From Eledone cirrhosa (Eukaryota): a stretch of DNA of 64,000 bases. Every line of letters begins with the position of its first letter. The stretch's first letter is position 1. The translations under genes and the position numbers were made by a program. The stretch is taken from positions 337,466,001 through 337,530,000 of the forward strand of contig OZ024741.1 of assembly GCA_964016885.1 (NCBI GenBank), given 5' to 3'. Positions 1 through 15,353 of the stretch are shown here, piece after piece. The notes under the pieces were generated by a model, which was not told the DNA's origin, did no database searches, and saw nothing but the letters and a program-made list of their open reading frames with translations.

Positions 1-3000
1 CATCCGGCGACGCGTTCAGTGGAACGAGCCTCGAAGTTCTGACCCAAATAAGGCCAGAACGCATCGCCCAAATCCCTGAGCGCGTCATGCTGGATGACCG
101 TACCCACCTCAACATTATTGTGGAGGGTAGGCGTCCCTCCTGTTACCTCTGTGGCAATAGAGGTCACCTGAGGGCTGCCTGTCCCCAGCTCACACAGAAA
201 AAAACACTGCTACCAACACCACCCCAACTACAACAACAAAAACAACCACAACAACAACAAAAACCAACAACCCCACCACCACCACCACCACAACAACAAC
301 AACAAACACGTGAAAAAATAACACAGAATACTGTCCCACCCAATCCCTCCCCACCCAAAGCAAATACAAAAACACGCACACCGCAAACACTACCAGAAAA
401 CATACCCCTCCCACCCAACAAGGAAGACGAACCTCTTTCGTCGCAAGACGAAAAAGATCCCTTCCAACAAGTAAAAAGAAAGAAGAGGAGACGCACCACA
501 GACACACATGTTAACTTTAACCCCCCCCAAGAGAACACAAACTACACACAAACCACCCCTCCCTGTCACACAACACTAACTGCTACACAAAAAAAGACCT
601 TACAATACACATACATGAACACAGACAACAAAGAATTACGGAAAACAATTTCAGCAAACCCTTCGGTCCAAACTGAAGGGCCAAACTTTATAACTGCTGT
701 GGGACTACCTCATTTGAAAATGATAAAAGTCCCAATGCACTTGTACAAAACACTGAAAATAAATTTCACGGAGGACGTGGGCCCCCCCTGCGCCAAACCA
801 ATCAACCGAGTCCTCCTAAAAAATTTCAGCAGCATGCGACAGCTAGCCCCCACCTTTGACGACTTTGAGATGCACGCATCTCTCTGTCAGCCCGGAGGTG
901 GGGGTGGGGTTGTCGTTCTGCTGCAAAAACATATGGGCCTTGCAACACAGATAGTTCACTTGGACCCAGGGGGTCGACTGGTGGTGCTGGACCTTGGCAG
1001 TGGTGAAGGTAGAGCCCTTAGGCTGATAGCCGCATATGCCCCTTTTGGGACAGAGCGGCCCGACTTTTTCCAGCGTCTGGAGTCTTTTCTAGGGACGTCC
1101 CGTTCCCTGCTTTTAGTGGGGGATTGGAATGGTATCCTGGATGCACGTTGGGACTATGCAGGGGCATGTCCCGATAGAGAGGGGTGCAACAGCCTCAAGG
1201 GGTTACTCGGCCGATTTGACCTGGCCGATAGATTTCGACTAGATTTTCCGACGGTGCCAACCTGGTCTTGGTCAAATCGCAGCGGATCATCTAGATCGTA
1301 CCTAGATAGATTTTTAGTTAGAAATAAGGACAGGGACTTTTTAAGTTGTCCAGAAATGCTCATGGTTGGCTATTCAGACCACAAGTTGGTGACCTGCATG
1401 GTCAACCTTGATAGAACGCATAGACAGGGCCCCGGTTACTGGAAGCTCAACTTGTCCTTGCCGGCAAGTAGAGCCTACAGGAATCGGATTAGTACGTTAG
1501 TTAAGGAACGGTTGACTGGAGCGATCGTCAACAGCAGGTGGTGGGTATCTCTAAAGAGAGAGATTAGAGTAGTCTCGATTGAATTTAGTAAGGTTCTAGC
1601 TGCGGATAGGAATAGGAAGGAAAGGGAGCTAATAGATAGAGTAGAAGAGGCAATTAGAAGCGGCGACGTGGCCAGAGTGCTAGCGTCGAGAACGGCTTTG
1701 AGCCAGTTTTTCGACGCGAAGCACGAAGGCTGCGTTGTCCGAAGTAAAATACGTGCTCTAGGGAACGAGGGGGCCAAAGCTGTTAGCTGGGCCCGCGTGA
1801 CAGAGGCCAACAGTGGAACTAAATCCACCATCCGGTCTTTGCGAGACCTGGATGGACGGGCGATTCTTGAGCCTAAGCAGATGTGTGAGGCCTTTCAAAG
1901 GCACTTTGCCCGACTGTTCGGGAGGGGCGGGGAGCCGGTTGGAAACGTGGACTTCGGTCCATACCTCGACGGCCTGCCGCGCCTCTCGGACAGGGAGGCG
2001 AAGTCTTGCGAGGAGCCGATTTCGGCCGCTGAGATAGAGGACGTGCTGGGCCAATGCGGCAAACGCAAATCCCCGGGTCTCGATGGTCTTCCTTACGAAT
2101 TATATCTAGCTATGCCGGACTTGTTCCCCGATCTCCTCGAGGCGGTCTACTGCAACTGGCAACAGAACGGGAGAATTCCCTGTACTGTGACCAAGGGCGT
2201 AGTCACGCTAGTGAGGAAGGACGAGAACAAGGGGGACGAAATAAGTAACTTCAGGCCCATAACTCTGCTAAATACAGAGTTACAGATTTTGGCCAAGGTG
2301 CTAGCAAAGAGGTTGGCGCTTGTCGTGGGCAACCTGGTGGGAGATGCGCAGACATGCGCTATCCCGTCCAGGTCCATCCATGACAACCTCCACCTCATGC
2401 GATACATCATAGAGAGGGTTGGGAACGAACCCGGCTTTGGTGGGGCTCTGATCAACTTGGATCAATCTAAGGCGTTCGATAGGGTCGACCATGGTTACCT
2501 GGATGCGGTGCTAGCGGCGGCAGGCTTCGGACCCGTTTTCAGGGGCTGGATCACTGCTATGCACAGCAGCCGCATCTGCTCTAGGGTCAAGGTGAACGGC
2601 TACCTCTCGGAGCCGTTCAAAATCGCGCGGTCCATCCGACAAGGGTGCCCTCTCTCCTCCCTTCTGTATGTGTTGACTCTCGAGCCACTACTGCGGAAGT
2701 TGGAGTTGTTGCAGGGCATCCCTTTGGAACCGGGATTGCGGAAAGCGGTGTCAGCCTACGCCGATGATGTGACAGTAATGGTGTCGACGGCCTCCGAAAT
2801 CGAGGCGGTCGGCACCTTACTGGAGGAGTACGAAAAGTTCACAGGGGCTAAGCTGAACCGGGACAAGTCGATCGGTTTGCAACTCGGCACGTGGAGGGGC
2901 AGACCGATGCCCTCCGATGGCGTCGTCGGACGCTGGACGGAGGGCCCGGTGAAGTTGCTCGGGGTCTGGTTCGGACCGGACCTCCAGGTGGAGAAAAACT

Positions 3001-4401
3001 GGGCGGAGGTTACGAACAGGGTGTTTGCACTGACCCAGAAGTGGGCCAGTTGCAAACTATCCCTGAAAGGTCGGGCGGAGGTGGCGAACACTTATATAGC
3101 GTCCGTCATCTACTACCGCCTGACCGTAGTGCCCTGCCCAAGGGAAACCCTCACCAAGATGGAGCGCGCGCTCTTCCAATTCCTTTGGAAGGGGCGGGCT
3201 CCTATGGTGAGGAGATCCATCTGCTGTCAACACCCTTCGAAAGGAGGGCTGGGGATGCCGTGGCTAATGATGCGTAAACACGCATTAAGGCTACGGCACC
3301 TCTACGTATTCCTCACCGGACAACCGGTGTGGGCCTCGTTTGTGAGACGAACCTTTCCCAGACTCGTCTCACTCACCGAGCTGCAATCCTGGGTCAAGCA
3401 AAGACCGAGAAAACTGGGCGCCTGGCACACTGAGTGTGCCCAGGCGCTCACCGCCCTCTGGCAGGCGGATCCGGTTATCAGTGGAGACTCCACCGCAACA
3501 TTCTATAGAGGGCTGGTACGCAGCAGGTGCGACGACGCCCTCGGAGAAGCCCTAGACATGGAGGAGGACGAACTGGCCAGCCTGTTCGGTAGGACATTCA
3601 GCCCGGGACCTATGGACAACTTCCAGAAGTCCCTGGCCTGGCAGTGCTACCGAGGGGCTTTACCCGTTCGAGAAAGGCTCTACAGACACGGGCGCCCGGG
3701 TAGGGACCCCGCCAAAAAGATCTGTCCCAGATGCGTGTGCGACGAGGAAACCGTTGCACACGCATTGGTACACTGCTCGGGCGTAGCCGATCTGTGGGGC
3801 TATGTCGAACAACTGCTGTCAAGGGTGGGACCGATCCGGTTGACCACCGAGTCTATTGTAATGATCAAGCCGCCTCCCCCCTTCAAAGATGAAGCAGAGG
3901 CGGTGTTTCTGTGCGTAATAGCCATGGCGAAAGAGGTTATATGGTGGACGCGTCTGAAAGGACTGAGGTCAGGCACCTTTCTCTCTGGCCAACAACTGGT
4001 CCGTTTCTTCCGATATCATTTCGGAAGAAGGATCAGGATGGAGAGAGAGGTGCTGCACCCCAGTCGTTTTTATGAAAGGTGGGTGAAAGTGGCGAGAATG
4101 GCCCGTGTGAATGGGCCTTCTCTTTACATAAGCCTGTAGGTGGAAAAGAGGAAGGAACGAGGGAGCACCCCCTCTCTGTGCTCCTGAGGAAAAGGGTTGC
4201 ACACTTTTTTCGGGGGTGTGTGCGACCCCCCAAGGCGCCTCCTCTCTATTGAGGATTTTGTTAAAAATTTTATTTTTTGTTATATCTTATTTTATTTTTA
4301 TATTTTGTTATTGCCTCCTCCTTATTGAGGACGCCTTTTTGTGTAAACTCCCCCCTTTGTACTTGTCCCACTTTTGATGCCCTAGTGGCAAATAAAAGAA
4401 A
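1..4401 (+). mobile_element. L1/Tx1-clade non-LTR retrotransposon, 5' end outside the window
   Basis: Long ORF with zinc knuckle, partial APE endonuclease, RT and C-terminal cysteine motif. 3' UTR ends in AATAAA (4391) plus a short A-rich tail abutting (TATC)n. Confidence 0.93.
3..4139 (+). CDS. Tx1-like polyprotein: gag-like zinc knuckle, partial AP endonuclease, reverse transcriptase, C-terminal zinc finger
   Basis: Frame is open from position 3. Motifs: CYLCGNRGHLRAAC (CCHC knuckle); AYAP, GDWN, SYLDRF, SDH (APE); KSPGLDGL, FRPITLLN, LDQSKAFDRVDH, IRQGCPLS, YADD (RT); CPRC..ETVAHALVHC. Confidence 0.9.
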   Translation, partial: SGDAFSGTSLEVLTQIRPERIAQIPERVMLDDRTHLNIIVEGRRPSCYLCGNRGHLRAACPQLTQKKTLLPTPPQLQQQKQPQQQQKPTTPPPPPPQQQQQTREKITQNTVPPNPSPPKANTKTRTPQTLPENIPLPPNKEDEPLSSQDEKDPFQQVKRKKRRRTTDTHVNFNPPQENTNYTQTTPPCHTTLTATQKKTLQYTYMNTDNKELRKTISANPSVQTEGPNFITAVGLPHLKMIKVPMHLYKTLKINFTEDVGPPCAKPINRVLLKNFSSMRQLAPTFDDFEMHASLCQPGGGGGVVVLLQKHMGLATQIVHLDPGGRLVVLDLGSGEGRALRLIAAYAPFGTERPDFFQRLESFLGTSRSLLLVGDWNGILDARWDYAGACPDREGCNSLKGLLGRFDLADRFRLDFPTVPTWSWSNRSGSSRSYLDRFLVRNKDRDFLSCPEMLMVGYSDHKLVTCMVNLDRTHRQGPGYWKLNLSLPASRAYRNRISTLVKERLTGAIVNSRWWVSLKREIRVVSIEFSKVLAADRNRKERELIDRVEEAIRSGDVARVLASRTALSQFFDAKHEGCVVRSKIRALGNEGAKAVSWARVTEANSGTKSTIRSLRDLDGRAILEPKQMCEAFQRHFARLFGRGGEPVGNVDFGPYLDGLPRLSDREAKSCEEPISAAEIEDVLGQCGKRKSPGLDGLPYELYLAMPDLFPDLLEAVYCNWQQNGRIPCTVTKGVVTLVRKDENKGDEISNFRPITLLNTELQILAKVLAKRLALVVGNLVGDAQTCAIPSRSIHDNLHLMRYIIERVGNEPGFGGALINLDQSKAFDRVDHGYLDAVLAAAGFGPVFRGWITAMHSSRICSRVKVNGYLSEPFKIARSIRQGCPLSSLLYVLTLEPLLRKLELLQGIPLEPGLRKAVSAYADDVTVMVSTASEIEAVGTLLEEYEKFTGAKLNRDKSIGLQLGTWRGRPMPSDGVVGRWTEGPVKLLGVWFGPDLQVEKNWAEVTNRVFALTQKWASCKLSLKGRAEVANTYIASVIYYRLTVVPCPRETLTKMERALFQFLWKGRAPMVRRSICCQHPSKGGLGMPWLMMRKHALRLRHLYVFLTGQPVWASFVRRTFPRLVSLTELQSWVKQRPRKLGAWHTECAQALTALWQADPVISGDSTATFYRGLVRSRCDDALGEALDMEEDELASLFGRTFSPGPMDNFQKSLAWQCYRGALPVRERLYRHGRPGRDPAKKICPRCVCDEETVAHALVHCSGVADLWGYVEQLLSRVGPIRLTTESIVMIKPPPPFKDEAEAVFLCVIAMAKEVIWWTRLKGLRSGTFLSGQQLVRFFRYHFGRRIRMEREVLHPSRFYERWVKVARMARVNGPSLYISL

Positions 4402-4452
4402 CTTATCTATTTATCTATTTGTCTGTCTGTCTACCTATTCACCTATCTATCT

Positions 4453-4591
4453 ATCGGGGAACAAGTCCGGCATAGCTAGATATAGTTCGTATGGAAGACC
4501 ATCGAGACCCGGGGATTTGCGTTTGCCGCATTGGCTCAGCACGTCCTCTATTTCAGCGGCTGAAATCGACTCCTCGCAGGACTTCGCCTCC

Positions 4592-4593
<2 letters not shown>
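4453..4593 (-). mobile_element. Inverted internal fragment of a Tx1-like RT region
   Basis: Reverse complement matches ~1992-2132 with a handful of substitutions; flanked on both sides by (TATC)n. Confidence 0.9.
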
Positions 4594-4641
<48 letters not shown>

Positions 4642-4643
<2 letters not shown>

Positions 4644-4919
4644 GGCCCGAGTGATTGGGCCTTCTCTGTATATAAACCTGTAGGTTGAAGACGAGAGCAA
4701 AAGGAAGAAACGAGCACTTTCACAACATGCTCCTGAAGTTGAGGGTTGTTCTATCGACGGAGTATTAAACAACCCATTTGTGGTGCTTCCCCACTATTGG
4801 GGATTTCGATTGTTAAATTTGTTTGTTTCAATATTTTTACATGATTGTATGTAAAATCACCGGCATGTGTCTTTGTTTTGTCTTTGTTTTCTTGTTCACC
4901 CTTGTGGCTAATAAAGAAA
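4642..4919 (+). mobile_element. Severely 5'-truncated second Tx1-like copy (last codons plus 3' UTR)
   Basis: Encodes MARVIGPSLYINL* versus MARVNGPSLYISL* in the long copy; ends AATAAAGAAA then TATC-like repeats. Confidence 0.85.
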
Positions 4920-4989
4920 TCTATTTATCTACCTATCTACCTGCCTATCTATCTGTTTACTTTACACCATGGTGGAGATACAAATCCCC

Positions 4990-6900
<1,911 letters not shown>

Positions 6901-7239
6901 ATACATACACACATCACTTTTGCTCAAACTTTGTAATAATTCAATTAAAATTGCATTACATAACTCCACACAAAGTTGAAACATTTCATTCTTCCTGCTT
7001 TCCTTCTTTTTCTATTTTCTTTTCTTTTTTTATCAATCACTCTGCACCTCTTCAAATTTCAATAAAAATCCCTTATAAATATATTATATCCCAAATCTAA
7101 GATATTACAATTAATTTAAATTAGTTTTATCCCTTATTAAAAATGATTCTCTCAATTATCCATATTTCATTTACCTGTTACATTTAGAATAATTGTAACT
7201 AATACTTACACACATAATTCTTGAAGTTTTATATAATTT

Positions 7240-7546
7240 AGTGGAATGAGCCTCTGTTGGTTCCAGTTGGTTTGAATAATGGAACACCCTGTCTGTGAAA
7301 TTACTGTGCAAGTGGCTGACCCCATGTACCCTTAATGTAGGAAGGCTGCTCTCAGGGAGATTCAGTATCACACAAGGTGTAACAAAGTTAGCCCTTTGAA
7401 GTACAGCTAGCCATCAACTGATTTGTTGCCAGCTTTGTTGACTGGAGTAATATATGAAATAAAGTATCATGCTCAAGAACACATGCTGCTCAGGAATTGA
7501 ACTAACAACCTTATGATCATCAGTCAAACACACAAACCACTCTGGC
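7240..7546 (-). mobile_element. Old tRNA-derived SINE
   Basis: The minus strand has GGCCAGAGTGG (A-box-like) and AGTTCAATTCC (B-box-like), then a CTTGAGCA core shared with other SINEs here. A similar body lies at ~49320-49650. Confidence 0.55.
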
Positions 7547-7624
<78 letters not shown>

Positions 7625-8379
7625 ATATATATTCAGTATGTTTCTAAAAGAAGCAAGCACACACAACAGTTCTTGTAAAAAACATTACCAAAACATGTTT
7701 TGCACCTAATACAAAAGACATTTCTTTTTCTTTCTTTCAATTTCTATTTCTTTTTCATTCTTTGAGCTTTTATTCTTTGTTCATTTTATCGGTGGTATAG
7801 CAAGAAATAACAGTACCTTAGGTGGGGCAAAAATATATTTTAGCTTTCAAGTCCTGAACACTTTTGATGTCAAACTGCCTGAAACCCCGAAACCACTTCT
7901 TGCTCTATGATACTAAACTGTGTATAATACTAAAGTGTTTATGTAAAATGCTTCCATCATAATTTTATGTAACTACTTAATAATGAGAAAGTTAGTTATA
8001 TTAATAAATTCCTCCAAATTCTTGTTTATTTTTTAAATTATTTGAAATTGTAGGCAGCATCTTTCATCATCATCATTATCATCATCGTTTTAACATCCAC
8101 TTTCCCTGTTTGCAAAGGTTGGATGGGTCTACATAGACCAAGTAAGTAGTGAAGCAGGGTTACTGATCTCTCAGACAGGCTGGGCCTCTGTATCTCCCTT
8201 ATGTGTGTTTTTCATAATAGATATAGAAATGAAAGGGTTAATGTGTTTATATTTATGCAAAAAAAAAACCTTCTTTCACAATTCTTTCTAAGAACTTTGT
8301 TTAGTTATGTTCCAAACACCAGCTTAATAATGAGAAGTTTAGTAATATAACTAAATCTCTGCATGATTTGAAAGCCAAG

Positions 8380-8610
8380 GACAGTGTCTTTCATAAAAAA
8401 TATGGTAATAAAAGTGTTAAAAATAAAGACAGTGTCTTTCATTAGAAATGTGGCAATGAAAGGGTTAAAGACATTAGACAGCGTTTTTCATTAGAAATAT
8501 CGTAGCAAAATGGTTAAAGACATAGACAGTGTCTTTCATTAGAAATGTGGGAATGAAATGGTTAAAGACATAGACAGTGTCTTTCATTAGAAATATGGTA
8601 ATGAATAACT
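8380..8610. repeat. ~51-bp tandem repeat (about 5 degenerate copies)
   Basis: Recurrent agacagtgtctttcattagaaat...ttaaagacat units. Confidence 0.8.
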
Positions 8611-8882
8611 GACATGATAAGGAAATGTTCCACCCTCCACAGTTGTTTTTGGCAACAACTGCCACCACATGATTCGCTCTAGCTACTCTTTGGTTAGTTA
8701 CCAAAGTTTTTAAAGGTAAATATTTTAAACAACAAAACCAAACGACAAAATGAAAGTCAGGAAAAAAAGATATATATTTCTTAATTTTTATATTATTTAG
8801 GAAATAGCATTCCCTATAGTTTTATAGATTTTTGTATGTTTGATAAGAATCTTGTGTAAAAATGAGTAGATGTATACATGTA

Positions 8883-8959
<77 letters not shown>

Positions 8960-9743
8960 GGTGGGTATGTATGTAGGCAGATGAACTCTACAGAGTCAAT
9001 GGCCATCCACCCCAACTATGGGTTAAATAGCCTCCCCAACCTGCAATTGGTCAAGTGTGGTGAGTACAGCTAAACCACCTAGAGAGGTTAAACTCCATGA
9101 CAATAACACATGCGATCCTCATAACTGACCTGTTGTCTTGACTTAGCTTGTCACTGGACACATAGCTTCCGGGTTGGAGTGGGTGATATGTATGTAGCAC
9201 AAGCAACATAGCATTGCCATCCTTATGTGCAGATATTTCTTCACAAGTCCCACAGCAGTGGAGTGGCAACATGTGCAGACTTGACCAGTTAGAAAAGCTT
9301 ATAGTCACAAATCAACACATGAGCAGCTCATGTCTTTTCCTAATGTTGCTGCACAGTTAACCTGGAACGCAACATGCTTTGGCAGTGTTGAACATCTGAG
9401 CTGCACCTTTTGGGGATGCACTGCTCATCCCACACCACATGGGTAGGGTCTAGAAAAGATGACCTAAACAAAACCTGTTTAGTCCTCAAACTAGACAGCA
9501 GCCTACAGTTGGCAGTGGTTTACAATAGCAAGGAATTTGTTGAAGGGATGGCTGTCTTCTGTAAATAAGTGGCAGTTATCATGTATATGTATATATGTTG
9601 TAAAGGTACATATATATACACAAAACGCCAGCATCCACAGATTTCCAAGAGATGTCAACATGAATGGACCTGTTATTTTTCTGGAAAAACATTTTTTTCG
9701 ATTCCACCCTGCCTGTCCCTTCAGTCTTTCTAATTTTTTACTT

Positions 9744-9867
<124 letters not shown>

Positions 9868-9888
9868 ACATACATATATATATATATA

Positions 9889-9939
<51 letters not shown>

Positions 9940-9943
9940 TATA

Positions 9944-10623
<680 letters not shown>

Positions 10624-11340
10624 ATATATTTATATATATATAATATATATATATATTATATATATATATATATATATAACGAAGGAAGTGTGGTAAGGAG
10701 ATGGACCATAACGCACCAGAGTACTCAATACTTAGGGTAGTAGAGTGGGTAATAGGAAAAAGTATGACCCCGATGGCAGTAGCCGTCAAAACGGCTTGAG
10801 CTCTGCCGTCGATGTCATACTTTTTCCTATATATATATATACATATACATATACATATATATCTATATATATATAGAGAGAGACAGAGAATGTGAGTCAC
10901 CAGTTTAGATCAGTAAGACCATGGTTCAACTGAGAATTTGATACTGGGAAAGTAGAATGTACGTATTGTATGCCCAACAAGACACCAACAGCTGAGCTCT
11001 TGCCATTACCTACTAGCCTTCAAAACAGCAAGAGATCTGCATCAAGCACTAACTCTTTACAATATATATATATAAAGTAAACAAAAATAACAGATCAAAA
11101 GACACAGTAAAATGAAGAAAAATATTAGTTTAACTCTTGAATTGATAAGAAATGTGTATATATACTGTATATATATGTGTGTGTGTGTGTGTGTGTGCGT
11201 GTTCGTGTGTATATATATATATACATATATATATATATACATATATATATACATATATATATAAATATATATAAGATTTAAAATGAAAATGGCTTCTACA
11301 CGACTAGAACTGTTTCATTCGAAGGAACCTCAATCTCAAT

Positions 11341-11383
11341 TTTACTTTTGAAAAGCATAAGAACTGTGAAACCGGTAAAGAAA
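11341..11383 (+). ncRNA. Putative minimal type I hammerhead, U3-A8 variant
   Basis: ctt TTGAAAA gca taagaac tgt GAAA ccgg TA aag. A paralog lies at 50621-50662. Confidence 0.4.
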
Positions 11384-11914
11384 ATGAAGAAATATTCTTA
11401 AGATGACTCCAGTTGCATTTTCGATTTCTTTTCCTTATATATATATATACATATATATATATACATATATATACATATATATATACATATATATATACAT
11501 ATATATATACATATATATATACATATATATATACATATATATATACATATATATATACATATATATATACATATATATATACATATATATATACATAATA
11601 ATATATACAATAAATATATATACATATATATATAAATACACACACATATACACACACACACACACATATATATACATACATTCGGATCTAGCTGTCGAAA
11701 CGGCCAGAGCTCAGCTGTCGGGTTTCTGACTCTTTTCATATATATATAGTGCAAATTTATACGGGAACAAAACAGAGAGGCAGACAAATAAAGGTTTATT
11801 AGGTTCACGCTTTGGAGAGTGGGGGGATACATATATATGATGATTTCCTTCAATTGAAATAGTTCTAGTCTTGTGGAAGCCATTTCCATATTAAATATTA
11901 TATATATATATATA

Positions 11915-11956
<42 letters not shown>

Positions 11957-12752
11957 CCTATTATTTCGAGAGTTGAACTAATATTTTTCTTCATTGTACT
12001 GTGTCTTTTGCTTTGTTAATTCTGGTAACTTTCTTAAATATATATATATTGTAAAGAGTTATATATATATATATATATATATATATAAGAACGATGAAGT
12101 TTTGTTTACATTTATTTAGATTTTTAGATTATATATGTATAATGTGCATGTGAAAAAAATAATATAACTTATTGTAAGATGAAGGTTCAAGTTCAGAGTC
12201 CAAATAAGCGAAACTAAATGAGATATGGAGCTATAGGGTAAGACATTCATAGATGATGTACATTTGGAATAAAAGGAACAACAAAACAACTACAAAAACA
12301 CTACCATCGCCACCCAGCCCCACCACACAAAACCCTCCCAAAATACACAGATATTAAAGAAATAGATAGTCTTTTTGAAAAAAAAAACAGTGTAATATCC
12401 TCATAACCTCACTGCATACAATTCGTCAGATTTCTAATTTGTCTGTGTGTGTATATATATATATATATCATCATCATCACACACACACATATATATATAT
12501 ATATGTATGTATGTATATATATGTGTGTGTGTGTATATATATTTATATATATATATATATATATATATAGGATTGAATGAATACATAAATATTTTGCAAA
12601 GAAAACTACATTCTGAGGAATGAAACTTAATAACTTTACACTATTGTTATTACTTGTTATTACTGTATGTGTGCTTGTGTGTCCATATTTATGTTTATAT
12701 GAGCATGTATATGTGTGTGTGTGTGTGTGTTTCCACGTCTATGTTTATGTGA

Positions 12753-12905
<153 letters not shown>

Positions 12906-12999
12906 CATATATATATATGTATATATATATATATACATATATATATATAAATATATATATGTGTATATGTATATATATATAAATATATATATATATATG

Positions 13000-13031
<32 letters not shown>

Positions 13032-13684
13032 CATATATATACATACATATATATATATATATATAAATATATATATGTAGATATATATATATATATATTG
13101 TTATACTTTGGGAGGGTCATGTTGCCAATAATGTATATATGTATATATATATATATATATATACATATATGTGTGTGTGTATGTGTCTATGTGTGTGTGT
13201 GTGTCTGTGTGTCTATGTAATTGCTAACATTCTTCAAAGTGCCCAAAACTACCTAAGTTAGAGAATAAAAAAGGGTGAAGAAAAAGAAGGATAATATGAA
13301 GGAGGAGAAGAAGGAGAAGAAGAGGAAAATCAATGAAAAATGTAATTATTTTTACCAGTGATGTTAATACATTTAGATTCTGATCAGGAATTCTGATACT
13401 CAGTAAACTTTATGTATATATGTATGTATATATGTATGTATATATGTATGTATATATGAATGTATGTATGTATGTATGTATGTATGTATGTATGTATGAA
13501 TGTATGTATGTTTGTATGTATGTTTGTATGTATGTTTGAATCCATGTATGTATGTATGTATATATGTATGTATATATATGTATGTACTTATATATGTATT
13601 TCACATAAACATATATATACATATATAAATATATATGTATACACACACACACATATATATATTTATATATATATATTTAACTAC

Positions 13685-13737
<53 letters not shown>

Positions 13738-13741
13738 CTAC

Positions 13742-13848
<107 letters not shown>

Positions 13849-14210
13849 AGTGTGTGTATGTATATATGCGTATACTCATATACACACACACAATCGTAAT
13901 GCTGATACATACATACATACATACATACATACATACATACATACATACATACATACATACATACAAAGATACATATACATTCATTAAGTTTGCTGTGTAG
14001 GGGGCCTGAGAGAACGTCAGATTAGTTTGTTATATACATGACTTTAAGCTCTGAATTGTTTTCAATTTCGGTTGTGGCTGATTGTGGCAGTTAAAGGGGT
14101 GGAGAAGGGGGGATAATCAATACTGTTAGTTTAAACCCAGTTATAACATATAACACAGCAACCAGATGAAAACTATAAACATTTGTATATACATACATAT
14201 ACATATATAG

Positions 14211-14283
<73 letters not shown>

Positions 14284-14334
14284 TATATATATATATAGTT
14301 ATATGTATATATGTATATATATATGTATATATGT

Positions 14335-14367
<33 letters not shown>

Positions 14368-14603
14368 GTTATATATATATATATAGTTATATATATATAT
14401 ATAGTTATATGTATATATGTATATATGTATATATATATGTATATATATACATACATATATATATATATACATATATATATATATGTATATATGTATACAT
14501 ATATATATATATATATACATTTACATATATATACACCTATATTTATAGATACATACACACATATATATATATACATACATACATATATACATACATGTAT
14601 ATG

Positions 14604-14652
<49 letters not shown>

Positions 14653-14743
14653 GTATGTATTTTTTTTAACCATGGTAATCCAATCAGTCTATAGCTGATT
14701 GAACTAATTGACTGAGTCTATCTTGGAAATAATAAAAAAAATA

Positions 14744-14788
<45 letters not shown>

Positions 14789-14906
14789 TGAATTTTCATG
14801 TTCAGCTAACATATTTGAATTTCTATTTGTTTCCAAAGATTTTATCTTTGAGAATAGAAAATTGGAAATATATAGATATACTCACACACATACACACACA
14901 CACATT

Positions 14907-15004
<98 letters not shown>

Positions 15005-15161
15005 CGCGCGTGCGCGCGTGTGTGTGTGTATATATATATGTACATATATATATAAATCCTTATATATTTATATCTAAACATACATATATATGCATATATA
15101 CACTCATGCATACATATACATACACGAAACACACACACACACACATATATACACACACACA

Positions 15162-15200
<39 letters not shown>

Positions 15201-15353
15201 GCATGTTCAAATATATTTGTATGTTCAGACTTCTAGAGTATAAAATTTACTTTCAGGTCAATGAACTGTGGTTTAAATAAGAGAAAAGAAAAATATTTCT
15301 TGCCTCGATCTCCAGCATTACCTTGTATCAAGATACAAGCCAAGACAGTAACT

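Noticed and set aside
11835-11895. ATGATGA...GAAATAGTTCTAGTC, inverted partner of ~11280-11326
   Set aside because: C3 and stem I are missing and stem II is poor; at most a truncated remnant.
15261-15353. Upstream in-frame ATG extending the protocadherin
   Set aside because: The signal peptide starts after the ATG at 15354. The 31-codon extension is hydrophilic and would displace it, although leaky use cannot be excluded.
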